DNA of 64,000 nt, taken from an uncultured Candidatus Actinomarina sp. (lineage in GTDB: Bacteria; Actinomycetota; Acidimicrobiia; Actinomarinales; Actinomarinaceae). Shown here in pieces: positions 28,219 to 37,863 of the stretch. The first letter of the stretch is position 1, and each line of letters opens with the position of its first letter. The stretch is taken from the NCBI GenBank assembly GCA_902634185.1, contig CACPJC010000005.1, positions 1 to 64,000 on the forward strand. Direction: 5' to 3'. Under the pieces are notes generated by a model. It saw only the letters and a program-made list of their open reading frames with translations, was not told where the DNA came from and ran no database searches. A program made the position numbers and the translations under genes.

Positions 28219-28734
28219 ATGCCAAAAGGTGGAGCAAGAAAAGGAGCAGGAAGGCCTAGAGGTCAAGGCAAGTATGGCGAGGCAACTAAAGCGATTCGTG
28301 TACCGGAAAGTAAAGTTAAGTACATTTCAGAAATAGTAAGTAAAGGCCTTTACGAAATTCCTCTATACGGAGACCGAGTTGCAGCAGGCTTCCCATCCCC
28401 TGCAGATGACTACTTAGAAGACAAGATTGACCTCAACCAATATCTAGTAAAACATCCTGCATCAACATTTTTGGTAAGGGCATCAGGAAATTCAATGATA
28501 AACGCTGGAATATTCCCAAATGATATTTTGATAGTCGATAAAAGCATCAAAGCCGAAAATGGAAATGTGGTAATAGCAATAATTGATGGAGAGCTAACAG
28601 TAAAAAGATATATTAAAAAAAGATCATCAGTTGTCTTGCAACCTGAGAATGAAGACTATGAGCCTATAGAGTTGAATGGAAAAAGTGAAGCACAAATCTG
28701 GGGTGTTGTTACTAGCGTAATTCATGACCTTTAA
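28219..28734 (+). CDS. umuD: UmuD-family S24 autoprotease with an N-terminal DNA-binding-like extension (UmuDAb-like)
   Basis: VAAGFPSPADDY, TFLVRASGNSM, DGELTVK, IWGVV; N-terminus GGARKGAGRP..TKAIRVPES. Confidence 0.92.
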   Translation: MPKGGARKGAGRPRGQGKYGEATKAIRVPESKVKYISEIVSKGLYEIPLYGDRVAAGFPSPADDYLEDKIDLNQYLVKHPASTFLVRASGNSMINAGIFPNDILIVDKSIKAENGNVVIAIIDGELTVKRYIKKRSSVVLQPENEDYEPIELNGKSEAQIWGVVTSVIHDL

Positions 28735-29973
28735 TCATGAATCAAGATCAAATTTATAAATACCTTTTGCCATTAATGAAGTTTCTTGTTCAGATAAATT
28801 AAGATAAATCTCATTTTTAATCTCACTAAATAACTCTTTATTTACTGTTAGAACGGCGTCAACAATAACAGACGCTTCTTTATATTTTTCTGAAGAAACT
28901 AATGAGTTTAAGAATTCAAGTAAATTATCTTCTCCTCCGGCCATGTCAATATAGGTTTTTCCTATTTCATCAAGAGCAGGAGGTTTTAATTCCGATGGAG
29001 TTCCTGAGTACCAACCTCCATATTGTCTCCATACAGAATTAATGAGAAATTTGAAGTCATCATATACAGAAACTAAATATGGCTGTTGAAATTTAGGAGG
29101 AAGTGATAATTTTGAATGAATTTCTCGAAGAGAATGTCCACTATTCATCAATGATAAAACATTGTCCTCAATCCACAACATACAATTACTTGTATCAAGA
29201 AGTACTTTAGTAATTTCTTTTTTTCCTTTGATCAATGGACCATGACCAGGAAAAAGATATTCCGAATTTAATTCAGACATTTTTTTAAGCACTTCTCCCC
29301 ACGAACCCACATATCTTTGAGATTTGGATGGATTTCCAGCATTCGGTAAGGACCATATAAAAAAATCACCTGTGAATAGAGCATTCTCTTTTTCTGAATA
29401 AATATAGGTTGCATCATCAGTTTCACCTTTCCCGTGAAACAACTTCAGTACGGAATTGTTAAATTCAAGTTCATAACTATCATCGTATGTTGTATCAGGA
29501 TAAGTAAATTCATTAGGAAAAACCGGAGAAGGTAATCCAAACTGTCTTTGGTTAATAATACCGTTATATCCAATAGTTTTTTTATAGCGATCAAACCTAT
29601 TAACAATATTTTTATGACCGATAACTTCAGTGTTGCTATTCTCAAATGCATTAATGATGTAATCAGTACCAGTAACGTGATCTACATGCCCATGGGTATA
29701 AATAATAAATTCCACATTTTCAATTCCCCATTCCTTTAATTTACTTACAACTTGAACAGATGAAACTCCCATACCTGTATCTATTAACAATGCAGATGTA
29801 TCATCTTTAAAAGCAGCTACATTCCCAAAATTTTTTATGAAAGCTAAATTTTTATTAACTTCATACAACTCAACATTGAAACCCTCTTGAATACTTACCT
29901 GATTAGGCAATGTTTTTTTTGTTAAAAAACTTTTTGATAAATCAATAGGATTGTAGTTATTATCTGTATTCAC
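28735..29973 (-). CDS. MBL-fold hydrolase, alkyl sulfatase (SdsA)-like
   Basis: LIDTG, THGHVDHV, GETDD, TGDF..PNAGNP, PGHG, GGW..G.PSEL. Confidence 0.88.
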   Translation of the reverse strand: MNTDNNYNPIDLSKSFLTKKTLPNQVSIQEGFNVELYEVNKNLAFIKNFGNVAAFKDDTSALLIDTGMGVSSVQVVSKLKEWGIENVEFIIYTHGHVDHVTGTDYIINAFENSNTEVIGHKNIVNRFDRYKKTIGYNGIINQRQFGLPSPVFPNEFTYPDTTYDDSYELEFNNSVLKLFHGKGETDDATYIYSEKENALFTGDFFIWSLPNAGNPSKSQRYVGSWGEVLKKMSELNSEYLFPGHGPLIKGKKEITKVLLDTSNCMLWIEDNVLSLMNSGHSLREIHSKLSLPPKFQQPYLVSVYDDFKFLINSVWRQYGGWYSGTPSELKPPALDEIGKTYIDMAGGEDNLLEFLNSLVSSEKYKEASVIVDAVLTVNKELFSEIKNEIYLNLSEQETSLMAKGIYKFDLDS

Positions 29974-30499
29974 AAACTGTAGTCCTTCTAAACTGATCTA
30001 ATTTAGAGATCTCATCTGCTGTATTAACTAATAGTCTCCAAAAAACTGTTCCTTTATTTGTTGTTTTTATAGTTTTTATTTCTTCATTTTGGTTATTTGA
30101 GCTTGTTACTAAAAATTCATACCTTTCATTTTCTATTTGTAAATTATTTATTTTAAACTCAACAGTCGTATTGTTATTGTGCACATGAACAACCCAGTAA
30201 CGTTCATCTTCTGGTACGGGCATAGATACAAATAAATCCCCATTAGCTAAGTCATATCTGCACATGGTGTACATAAAATCATAATTTGGCATTCTTGTTG
30301 AGGATCTTTTAGAGATACAAACCTGATCTAAATATCCAATTATACCGTCATAAGTATCCTCACAACCTTCGAAGGGATTTTCGATAGCATCAGCAATATT
30401 CCTATCCAATTGATTCATAACTATATATGGACCCATAAAAATTAAAAAAACGTGGGTGACCAAGGCAACTATTGAAATTTTTATAGTCCAACTTTTCAT
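29960..30499 (-). CDS. DUF1254-like membrane-anchored protein
   Basis: N-terminal TM; PNYDFMYTMCRYDL..G; VP..RYW; G.V..R.L; overlaps both neighbours. Confidence 0.7.
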   Translation of the reverse strand: MKSWTIKISIVALVTHVFLIFMGPYIVMNQLDRNIADAIENPFEGCEDTYDGIIGYLDQVCISKRSSTRMPNYDFMYTMCRYDLANGDLFVSMPVPEDERYWVVHVHNNNTTVEFKINNLQIENERYEFLVTSSNNQNEEIKTIKTTNKGTVFWRLLVNTADEISKLDQFRRTTVCEYR

Positions 30500-31131
30500 T
30501 TACAACCTTCATTGATAATGCTTGCGACAGGAATCGATATTGGATTTTCATAATAATTTAAGTTAGGTCCGTAAATTCTATAAATTAAGGTGAAATCATT
30601 TCCAAAATGACTTAATGTTCCATTTTGATTAATTAGATTATTATCTATTTTTATTATGTAATTTTCACCAATTATCGATGTAAGCTCGCTTCCATTTGTA
30701 ACTTGAGCAAACAAATCATCAAAAGTTGGTTCATCAAATAAGCTATTAGGATCTTGTAGGTAATAGTTATCATTTCCATAAATTGCATAACTCCAGTACC
30801 GTGCATCAGGAACTTCTCCTGATAGTGTGTAGCTGCAATTACCAGACAGTGACTCTCCCCCGTCATCAAAACTTGTCTGCAGATAAATGACTTCGGGACT
30901 AGCGCTAGGTAGCAATCCTAATAATGAAACATAAGCCCTTTGCCAAATATTTTGAGACTCTAATCCGTAATCAAGATAATAATTCCACTGATTAATAGCA
31001 TCTTTCCCAAAACCAGTTAGGAATGCGGCTGTAGATGTTGGTCTTGTAAATGGTAAAAAACTTACGATGCCGATAATTATTCCAACAATATAGGGAAGAG
31101 ACTTATTGATAGTTTTTCTCATCATACTCAT
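30496..31131 (-). CDS. DUF1214-like protein
   Basis: RA.V...GL....E.IY....D..GE.LSG.CSY; ARYWS..IY; F.L.YRIY.P. Confidence 0.78.
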   Translation of the reverse strand: MSMMRKTINKSLPYIVGIIIGIVSFLPFTRPTSTAAFLTGFGKDAINQWNYYLDYGLESQNIWQRAYVSLLGLLPSASPEVIYLQTSFDDGGESLSGNCSYTLSGEVPDARYWSYAIYGNDNYYLQDPNSLFDEPTFDDLFAQVTNGSELTSIIGENYIIKIDNNLINQNGTLSHFGNDFTLIYRIYGPNLNYYENPISIPVASIINEGCK

Positions 31132-31210
31132 ATTAATTTAAGTTTTTTAGGCTTGATAGTTACTTTGAAGTAAATAAGAAAATTTTAATCATGGTCACTA
31201 AAATATAATC

Positions 31211-32110
31211 ATGTCAGTTTTAAAAACAGATTTAACTTTATTTGAAAATCTAAGTGATTGGAAATATAAAGAAAATTTCACAACTGTAACATCAGAATTT
31301 GGAGAATTGGATATTCATTTTGTTGATGAAAATTCAACTAGTGATGAATGTGTTCTTCTTTTACATGGGAATCCTACTTGGGGATATTTATACAGAAACA
31401 TGATCGATCCATTGAAAGAGAATGGATACCGAGTAGTTGTTCCTGATCTACCTGGATTTGGAAAATCTGATAAATTTTCAGTGAGATATAACTATTCCTA
31501 TGAGGGATTTGTAGATTGGATGTCACAATTTATTGAGAATACTGATTTAAAAAATATTACACTTTTTTGTCAAGACTGGGGTGGCTTGATAGGTTTAAGA
31601 CTTGCAGCAAAGTATGGTGATAGATTTGAAAAAATTGTTGCTGCAAATACAGGACTGCCTACTGGTAAGGCTCCTTTAAGCGAAGGGTTTGCTGTGTTTC
31701 GTGAATTTTTACAGATAAAATCTGATCTTCATGTTGCAGGACAAGTAAGGAATGGCACGACAAAAGGAATAAATGAAAATGCGCTTGCTGCATACAATGC
31801 TCCATTTCCAGATGATGATCACAAACAAGGAGTTAGACAATTTCCAAACTTAGTTCCAGGCACGCCTAGAACTCCAAGTGCGGAACCAAATAAAGAAGCC
31901 TGGAAAATATTAAGAGAATGGAAAAAACCATTTTTATGTGCATTTAGCGATAAGGACCCGATATTTTCTGGTGTTGAAAATTCATTTTATAAATTAATCC
32001 CTGGTTGCAAAGATATGCCTCATGTAACAATTGAAGATGCTGGACATTTTTTACAAGAAGACCAACCCGAGGCATGCGTTGATGCAATTTTATCAATAAA
32101 GAATATCTAG
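31211..32110 (+). CDS. Haloalkane dehalogenase (alpha/beta hydrolase)
   Basis: LLHGNPTWGYLYR, PDLPGFGKSDK, CQDWGG, AYNAPFP, AGHFLQED. Confidence 0.92.
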   Translation: MSVLKTDLTLFENLSDWKYKENFTTVTSEFGELDIHFVDENSTSDECVLLLHGNPTWGYLYRNMIDPLKENGYRVVVPDLPGFGKSDKFSVRYNYSYEGFVDWMSQFIENTDLKNITLFCQDWGGLIGLRLAAKYGDRFEKIVAANTGLPTGKAPLSEGFAVFREFLQIKSDLHVAGQVRNGTTKGINENALAAYNAPFPDDDHKQGVRQFPNLVPGTPRTPSAEPNKEAWKILREWKKPFLCAFSDKDPIFSGVENSFYKLIPGCKDMPHVTIEDAGHFLQEDQPEACVDAILSIKNI

Positions 32111-32805
32111 CGAACTGCTACACCCCAGTAATTGTATCCAAGAAACTTTACAGATCCTGGTAAGTACATTGTGTCTTTTTCAATAATATTTAATCCAGCA
32201 TCAGTTATTAACTTTGGTATATCTCTATTTGCATGACAACCTCCTGATAATTTTGGATAAAATATGTTGGTAGCATTTTGAAAAACTCTGGTGGTCAGAT
32301 CTGGTGAAATTCCATGTTCACAGAAAAAGTATTTACCTCCTGGTTTTAAAATCCTAAAAATTTCATTTAAAGCTTTGTTTGGATCAGGAATAGAACACAA
32401 TGAGAAAGTACAAACTACTGAATCAACAGAGGATGTTGGCAAATCAATACTTTCAGCTGAGGATAAATTAAATTCAATATCTAAATTGACTTTGTCAGCA
32501 TTTTTTTTGGCAATTTTGTTTAGCTCATCTGAAGGATCTATTCCAATAACTTTGTTGACCTTTTCGAAGTTATAGTATTGCAAATTTAATCCTGGACCTA
32601 CACCTATTTCAACAACATCACCAGTTGCTAATGGAACAACTTTTTTTCTTTGATAATGATTAGGTTTTGTATTACAAAGAACGGTCAATAGCTTCGGGAC
32701 TACGTTTGTTTCGTAATATTTTTTACCAAATAATTTTAAAATTGGAAGAACCAAAAATATTGATATGTATGTAGAAATCTTAAAAGCTATTTTTTTCATT
32801 AACAC
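32107..32805 (-). CDS. Class I SAM-dependent methyltransferase (METTL7/PmtA-like)
   Basis: VEIGVGPGLN, GIDPS, LCSIPD, LKPGG..F.EHG, GGCHANR. Confidence 0.92.
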   Translation of the reverse strand: MLMKKIAFKISTYISIFLVLPILKLFGKKYYETNVVPKLLTVLCNTKPNHYQRKKVVPLATGDVVEIGVGPGLNLQYYNFEKVNKVIGIDPSDELNKIAKKNADKVNLDIEFNLSSAESIDLPTSSVDSVVCTFSLCSIPDPNKALNEIFRILKPGGKYFFCEHGISPDLTTRVFQNATNIFYPKLSGGCHANRDIPKLITDAGLNIIEKDTMYLPGSVKFLGYNYWGVAVR

Positions 32806-32933
32806 CTTAGAATTATTCTACTTTTACATTTGGGACATTGCGATAGAAACGAGACATACTCAGTAAGTTTTGTTCTTTTCCATTTATGTTTACATTTAAT
32901 ACATTTTATTATTTTTCTAATAATATTAATTAA

Positions 32934-33782
32934 ATGGAAATTAATTCTATTTTTTTAGATTTAGTACCGTATTTAATTCCACTCCTAATGATTGGGGTTG
33001 GTACAGATTTAGATATTGACAGTTTTAAAAATTTATTAACAAATTCAAAAAGTTCAATTGTGGGACTCTTAATTCAAGTTACACTTTTACCAATTGTCGG
33101 AATAGTTACAAGTTTGTTCATTGATAATCAATCAGTAGCAATCGGAATAATTGTAATAATGTGTGCACCAGGCGGTCATATATCTTCAATGTATTCATCA
33201 TTAATGAAAGGCAATGTTGCTCTAACTACATCACTTACAATTGTGACTCAACTTATCGCGTTTGCAACTATACCTTTTTGGCTAAATGTTGCCTCTATAT
33301 TTAATGATAAAGTTGGTGTACAAGTACAAATTGACTCAACAGAATTATTAATAGAGTTACTTTATCTTGTTTTGATTCCTGTAGTTATTGGGATGGTTAT
33401 AAAATATTATTTCCCAGAGAAAGCAACTAACTCTCAACCAAATATTAAAAAAGTTTTTACTGTTGTTACATTAATTCTCGCTATAGGTGTACCAATAGAA
33501 TTAAATGATGTTCTTGTGGATATCTTTAAATCATCATTTATATTTGTAGTTTTAAATCTGTTAGCAATATTTGTAGGAATTAATCTTGTATCAAAAATAA
33601 CAAACATTAGTGATGAAGACAGAAAAGGAATCATTGCTGAGGGTACATTACAAAATTTCCCTATAGCAGCAGCTGTAGCATCATTACTAGGGTTAAATAT
33701 CATTACGATTGTTGCTTTGAGCTACTTCTTGATAAGCTCAATACTTGTTGGTTTTTATGCAGTATATAAAAGTAGAAGTTAA
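32934..33782 (+). CDS. Bile acid:sodium symporter (BASS) family transporter
   Basis: GLLIQ..LLP, CAPGG..S, KGNVAL, E.TLQN. Confidence 0.88.
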   Translation: MEINSIFLDLVPYLIPLLMIGVGTDLDIDSFKNLLTNSKSSIVGLLIQVTLLPIVGIVTSLFIDNQSVAIGIIVIMCAPGGHISSMYSSLMKGNVALTTSLTIVTQLIAFATIPFWLNVASIFNDKVGVQVQIDSTELLIELLYLVLIPVVIGMVIKYYFPEKATNSQPNIKKVFTVVTLILAIGVPIELNDVLVDIFKSSFIFVVLNLLAIFVGINLVSKITNISDEDRKGIIAEGTLQNFPIAAAVASLLGLNIITIVALSYFLISSILVGFYAVYKSRS

Positions 33783-33810
33783 TATTCTTTAATATTCAAT
33801 AATTAATAAT

Positions 33811-34347
33811 CTAACTTCTTGAGAACAAAACAACTTCGTTCAAAGGAATATGACTAGCTGTATGAGATCCATAAAATGCCTTTTCAACAATCCCATTTTC
33901 ATCGATAAGTATGTCTGCTGGTATTCCTAAAAATGCACCGCTCATATTAGAAGCTGGGTTATATCCTTTTAGAAGAGCTTTAAAAAAGCGATCTACTCTA
34001 ATTGTTATACCAAATAAAAATCTGAGGAAACTATTTTGAACCTCAAACTTATCAAAATATATACGATCATCATCACAGAGAATTGTTATTTCACCATCGT
34101 GTTTTTTTGAATTTTTTACTAAATCATCAAAGTCACAATCGAATATTGCAATTGGAACAAAATTATCTCCAAATTCACTTTTTTTAGAAATAATTTCATT
34201 TATTCGTAAATGGCAAAACGGACACGAAGAATATCTATAAAAAGATATCATAGCTTTCTTTCCTTTTATTGTTTCAAGATTAAATGTGGATCCATCTACA
34301 GAAGGTAAGGTTAGTTCGTTAATTGAATCGCCTTTTTTTAATTTCAT
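33811..34347 (-). CDS. Peroxiredoxin-like AhpC/TSA family protein (CPFC)
   Basis: G.K..ISFYRYSSCPFC.LR, PADILIDENG, YG.H...H. Confidence 0.85.
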   Translation of the reverse strand: MKLKKGDSINELTLPSVDGSTFNLETIKGKKAMISFYRYSSCPFCHLRINEIISKKSEFGDNFVPIAIFDCDFDDLVKNSKKHDGEITILCDDDRIYFDKFEVQNSFLRFLFGITIRVDRFFKALLKGYNPASNMSGAFLGIPADILIDENGIVEKAFYGSHTASHIPLNEVVLFSRS

Positions 34348-34420
34348 ATAAATCCTTTCATTTTTAATTATAAATCAAGGATTTCTAATGAAAAATTCTA
34401 AGATATTAAATAAATGTAAA

Positions 34421-34927
34421 CTAATGTCCACCTCGAGGAACACCACCATATTTCATCCTAGTGTCCCCCATGTAAGCGACCCTTTCATCTGGATTAAGTG
34501 TTTTACAATCAATAATCTCACCTATAAAGAAAGTATGAGTTCCTAGATTAATTTTTTGGCTAGTTTTAAGTTCAAACCATACAGTTGCATTATCAAATAT
34601 TGGAACTGTGTTTTTTGTTAAAGTTATTGGCTCTTTATTTAAAAAGCCCTCTGAGTACTCAGCAGGTTTTGAAAATTTTACGAAGACTTTTGTATATTCG
34701 GGTGAAAACATATTTAATGTAAAATGATCACTTCTATTCATTAAGTCAAAAGTTACACTTTTATTGTCAATACCAACTCCAATAAGAGCTGGTTCCATAC
34801 TAACTTGTGTGATCCAGCTAGCAGTCATACCATTGAACTCACCTTCTGCATGACTTCCAATGATGCCAAGTGGGCTTGGAATTTTCCAAGTAGATACGTT
34901 TATATCTTCATTAGTTACTTCTGTCAT
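34421..34927 (-). CDS. Flavin reductase family protein
   Basis: NGMTASWITQVS.EP, GTHTFFIGE, MGDTRMKYGG. Confidence 0.9.
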   Translation of the reverse strand: MTEVTNEDINVSTWKIPSPLGIIGSHAEGEFNGMTASWITQVSMEPALIGVGIDNKSVTFDLMNRSDHFTLNMFSPEYTKVFVKFSKPAEYSEGFLNKEPITLTKNTVPIFDNATVWFELKTSQKINLGTHTFFIGEIIDCKTLNPDERVAYMGDTRMKYGGVPRGGH

Positions 34928-36267
34928 ATCAAAGCTGTATTTGTTTTAATTCTATCAAGTTGTATCTGACTTGGCTCTGCACAACAAAACCAAGTTTCTG
35001 ATAATTTTGGTACATTTTTATAGCTGTAATTTAAATCTGAAATCAAATTTGATTGTGTCATATTTTCAATAATTTTGACCATACCTAGATATTGATTGTG
35101 CTCATCCAAATCAGGAGTATCTAATAAATAATTAAAAAGAGAAACTTGAAGGGTATTTACTTCTTCATTTTTATAATCCCACATATAACTTAATGAATTT
35201 TTATCATAATCCTTAAGATATCCCTTGATTTCTGACCTTTGGAGAATAAGTGAATTCTTAGGAATCAATAATTTGATGGTTAATTGTATAGGATCGACCG
35301 TTTCTCTAAGTTTATAATTTTCAATTAATTTAATTATGTCAATTAAATCTTTTTGATTTGTCCATGGAGAAAAAGGCATCCAAGTAGGACGAATATCAAT
35401 ATTATTTGTTTGTGATATCTCTATAGCGTTAGCTAAATCATCACTTGAATGATTTTTTTCTAAAATGGTTAAAACTTCATCATTTGTAGTTTCAAATGCA
35501 GATATAACAAAAATCATATTTAAAGAAGAAAGCTCTTTAAAGTACTTTTCATACTTAATTATGTGCTCTACCTTAATTGTTGAATCATAAGTCACTTCAG
35601 GAAATTTTGAATTAAGATTTTCAAGTATTTTTAAAGCATGGATTGGACCATTAAAAAAATCTGGATCATTAAATGATATGTGCATTGCACCAGAGTTAAC
35701 TTGGTTTTCAACATCAAGTAATATTTTTTCTAAACTGTAGGTCTTAAAATTACCATTAAATGAGATTGGGATTGGACAATGTGTGCAAGAGTGCTTACAG
35801 CCATATGTTGTTTCAACTGATCCAGCTATCAAGTTTGAAGATCCGTTTACTAGATGAGCATAATTAGATATATCAGGAAGAATATCTCTATTTGGTATAT
35901 TGTTTTTTAGTGAGAATAATTTATTTTTATTTATATCTAAAAATGAATCTAACTCTCCATTTTCAATATTGCTAATGTGTTTGATTGATGAGTTAAAATC
36001 TTCAAGTACAGAACCATAAAGACCGAATGTAAATACTTTCTTTGGTAATGTTTTGTTCTTTAAAAATTCAATAGATAAAACAGTTGCAGTATGCATTGGT
36101 GCATATATACCAAGTACATCATATTGATCTATATTTATTTCAGGATTATCTATTGAAAAGTCAACAATATCAAATTGAATATTTTCAGATTTATACTTAT
36201 CAACGATTTCAGCGATAATTTTTGGCTGTTTACCTAAATCATAAAACGATGTTAAAAGAATTTTCAC
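34924..36267 (-). CDS. Radical SAM protein with CCAEP tail (CUAEP/CCAEP-tail family, Cys form)
   Basis: ETTYGCKHSCTHCP (CxxxCxxC), HISFNDPDFFNGP.H, YDSTIKVEH, DPIQL.IKLLIP, C-terminal ETWFCCAEP encoded TGT TGT. Confidence 0.88.
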   Translation of the reverse strand: MKILLTSFYDLGKQPKIIAEIVDKYKSENIQFDIVDFSIDNPEINIDQYDVLGIYAPMHTATVLSIEFLKNKTLPKKVFTFGLYGSVLEDFNSSIKHISNIENGELDSFLDINKNKLFSLKNNIPNRDILPDISNYAHLVNGSSNLIAGSVETTYGCKHSCTHCPIPISFNGNFKTYSLEKILLDVENQVNSGAMHISFNDPDFFNGPIHALKILENLNSKFPEVTYDSTIKVEHIIKYEKYFKELSSLNMIFVISAFETTNDEVLTILEKNHSSDDLANAIEISQTNNIDIRPTWMPFSPWTNQKDLIDIIKLIENYKLRETVDPIQLTIKLLIPKNSLILQRSEIKGYLKDYDKNSLSYMWDYKNEEVNTLQVSLFNYLLDTPDLDEHNQYLGMVKIIENMTQSNLISDLNYSYKNVPKLSETWFCCAEPSQIQLDRIKTNTALI

Positions 36268-37304
36268 AATAATTCTTTTATAAATTTAACCGTTTCAAAA
36301 TCAATTGGAAGTGAGAGAGATATCTCAGTTATGTTACTTTCTTTCCAGGTTTCCAATTTCTTTTCTATCTCTTTTTTAGTACCTACAAGTGTTAATTCAT
36401 TTAACAACTCTTTTGGAAAAAGTTGTTCAGATTCTTTTTTATTACCACTTAAATAAAGATTTTGAAGCTCATCTGCAATATCTTCATACCCATATTCACA
36501 AAATAAGTTGTAATAGAAGTTTTTTGATTTTGCACCCATACCTCCAACATAAAGCGTATAAATATTTCGTGCGGGATATAGATATTGATCAATTTCATCC
36601 TCTTCACAAACACGACCAAATACAGTTGTGACAATTTCAAATTTATTTTTTTTATCAGAATCACCAGATTTTTTAAATCCATTATTTAGTGATTCTTTAT
36701 AGATATCCTCACCCTTAATTGGTGAGTACATAAATGGTAACCATCCTTCCGCAATTTCTGCTGTTAGTTCTACATTTTTTAGTCCAACTGCAGCTAAATA
36801 TATTGGAATTTCACTTCTGAACGGTTGCTCAATCAGCTTAAGTGGCTTGCCTAAACCTGTTGTCCCATCACCTTCTAAGGGTAAATCATAATAATCGCCA
36901 TGATGTTCAACTTTTCCATCCCTCCTAATAATTTTTCGAACTAGTTCTACATATTCTCTAGTTTTTTTAAGTGGTTTTCCATATGGTACACCGTGCCAAC
37001 CTTCCACAACCTGTGGACCTGAAACACCTAAACCTAATCTAAATCTTCCTTTAGACATTTGATCAAGTGTTACAGCTGTCATTGCTGTCATTGCTGGTGT
37101 TCTTGCAGGAATTTGCATAATCCCTGAACCAATGTTCATATTCTCAGTCAAAGCGGAAAAATATGCAAGAGGTGTTACTGCATCGAAGCCATAAGCTTCA
37201 GCCGTCCAGACACAAGATACTCCAATATCATCTAATTTTTTTATTAAATCTTTGTCTTCTGAAATATGAGGTCCGAAATAACCAACATTGATGCTTATAT
37301 CCAT
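36264..37304 (-). CDS. LLM-class F420-dependent oxidoreductase
   Basis: WTAEAYGFDA, GSGIMQIPARTP, GLGVSGPQVVEGWHG, YVGGMGA..KNFY. Confidence 0.92.
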   Translation of the reverse strand: MDISINVGYFGPHISEDKDLIKKLDDIGVSCVWTAEAYGFDAVTPLAYFSALTENMNIGSGIMQIPARTPAMTAMTAVTLDQMSKGRFRLGLGVSGPQVVEGWHGVPYGKPLKKTREYVELVRKIIRRDGKVEHHGDYYDLPLEGDGTTGLGKPLKLIEQPFRSEIPIYLAAVGLKNVELTAEIAEGWLPFMYSPIKGEDIYKESLNNGFKKSGDSDKKNKFEIVTTVFGRVCEEDEIDQYLYPARNIYTLYVGGMGAKSKNFYYNLFCEYGYEDIADELQNLYLSGNKKESEQLFPKELLNELTLVGTKKEIEKKLETWKESNITEISLSLPIDFETVKFIKELL

Positions 37305-37315
37305 AGTTTGTAATT

Positions 37316-37825
37316 TTAATGTATTTTTAAATTTTCGTTCTCTGTGAGAACATAATCCATAAGTATATCGTGTGATTCTTGGGGTAACTTATCATAAAGA
37401 TTTACACTTGAACATATTCCTACCTTTATTGAATTTGGATATTTTGCTAAAAGTTTATCATAAAGTCCCTTTCCCCTACCGAGTCGTACTCCAGATTTTG
37501 AAAATGCCAATCCTGGTACAAAAAATACTTGAGTACTGTTTGCTATCTCTATATTTTGTGGTTCCATAATTTTAAGTTTGTTGATTACAAAAGGCTCTTG
37601 CAAAATACAAACTTTCAACTCATTATCATCAAGAAAAGTTGTTTGAATTTCTAAAAATGTATTTAAGAATAAATTAATATCTAGTTCAGAGTCCAATGGA
37701 ATATATGTACATATTTTTTTTCTTTCTATTAATTTTGATATAAATTTTTGATTTTTATTCGATAGATTAAATTCTTTGTAATCAACTTTTTTTAAGTTAC
37801 TTCTAAAAATTTTTTTTTCGTACAT
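37316..37825 (-). CDS. 5-formyltetrahydrofolate cyclo-ligase
   Basis: VPGLAF...G.RLGRGKGLYD, LP.E.HD..MD...TE. Confidence 0.9.
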   Translation of the reverse strand: MYEKKIFRSNLKKVDYKEFNLSNKNQKFISKLIERKKICTYIPLDSELDINLFLNTFLEIQTTFLDDNELKVCILQEPFVINKLKIMEPQNIEIANSTQVFFVPGLAFSKSGVRLGRGKGLYDKLLAKYPNSIKVGICSSVNLYDKLPQESHDILMDYVLTENENLKIH

Positions 37826-37863
37826 TTTTACTTATGAATATGATATCACTGTAATATAAGCCC

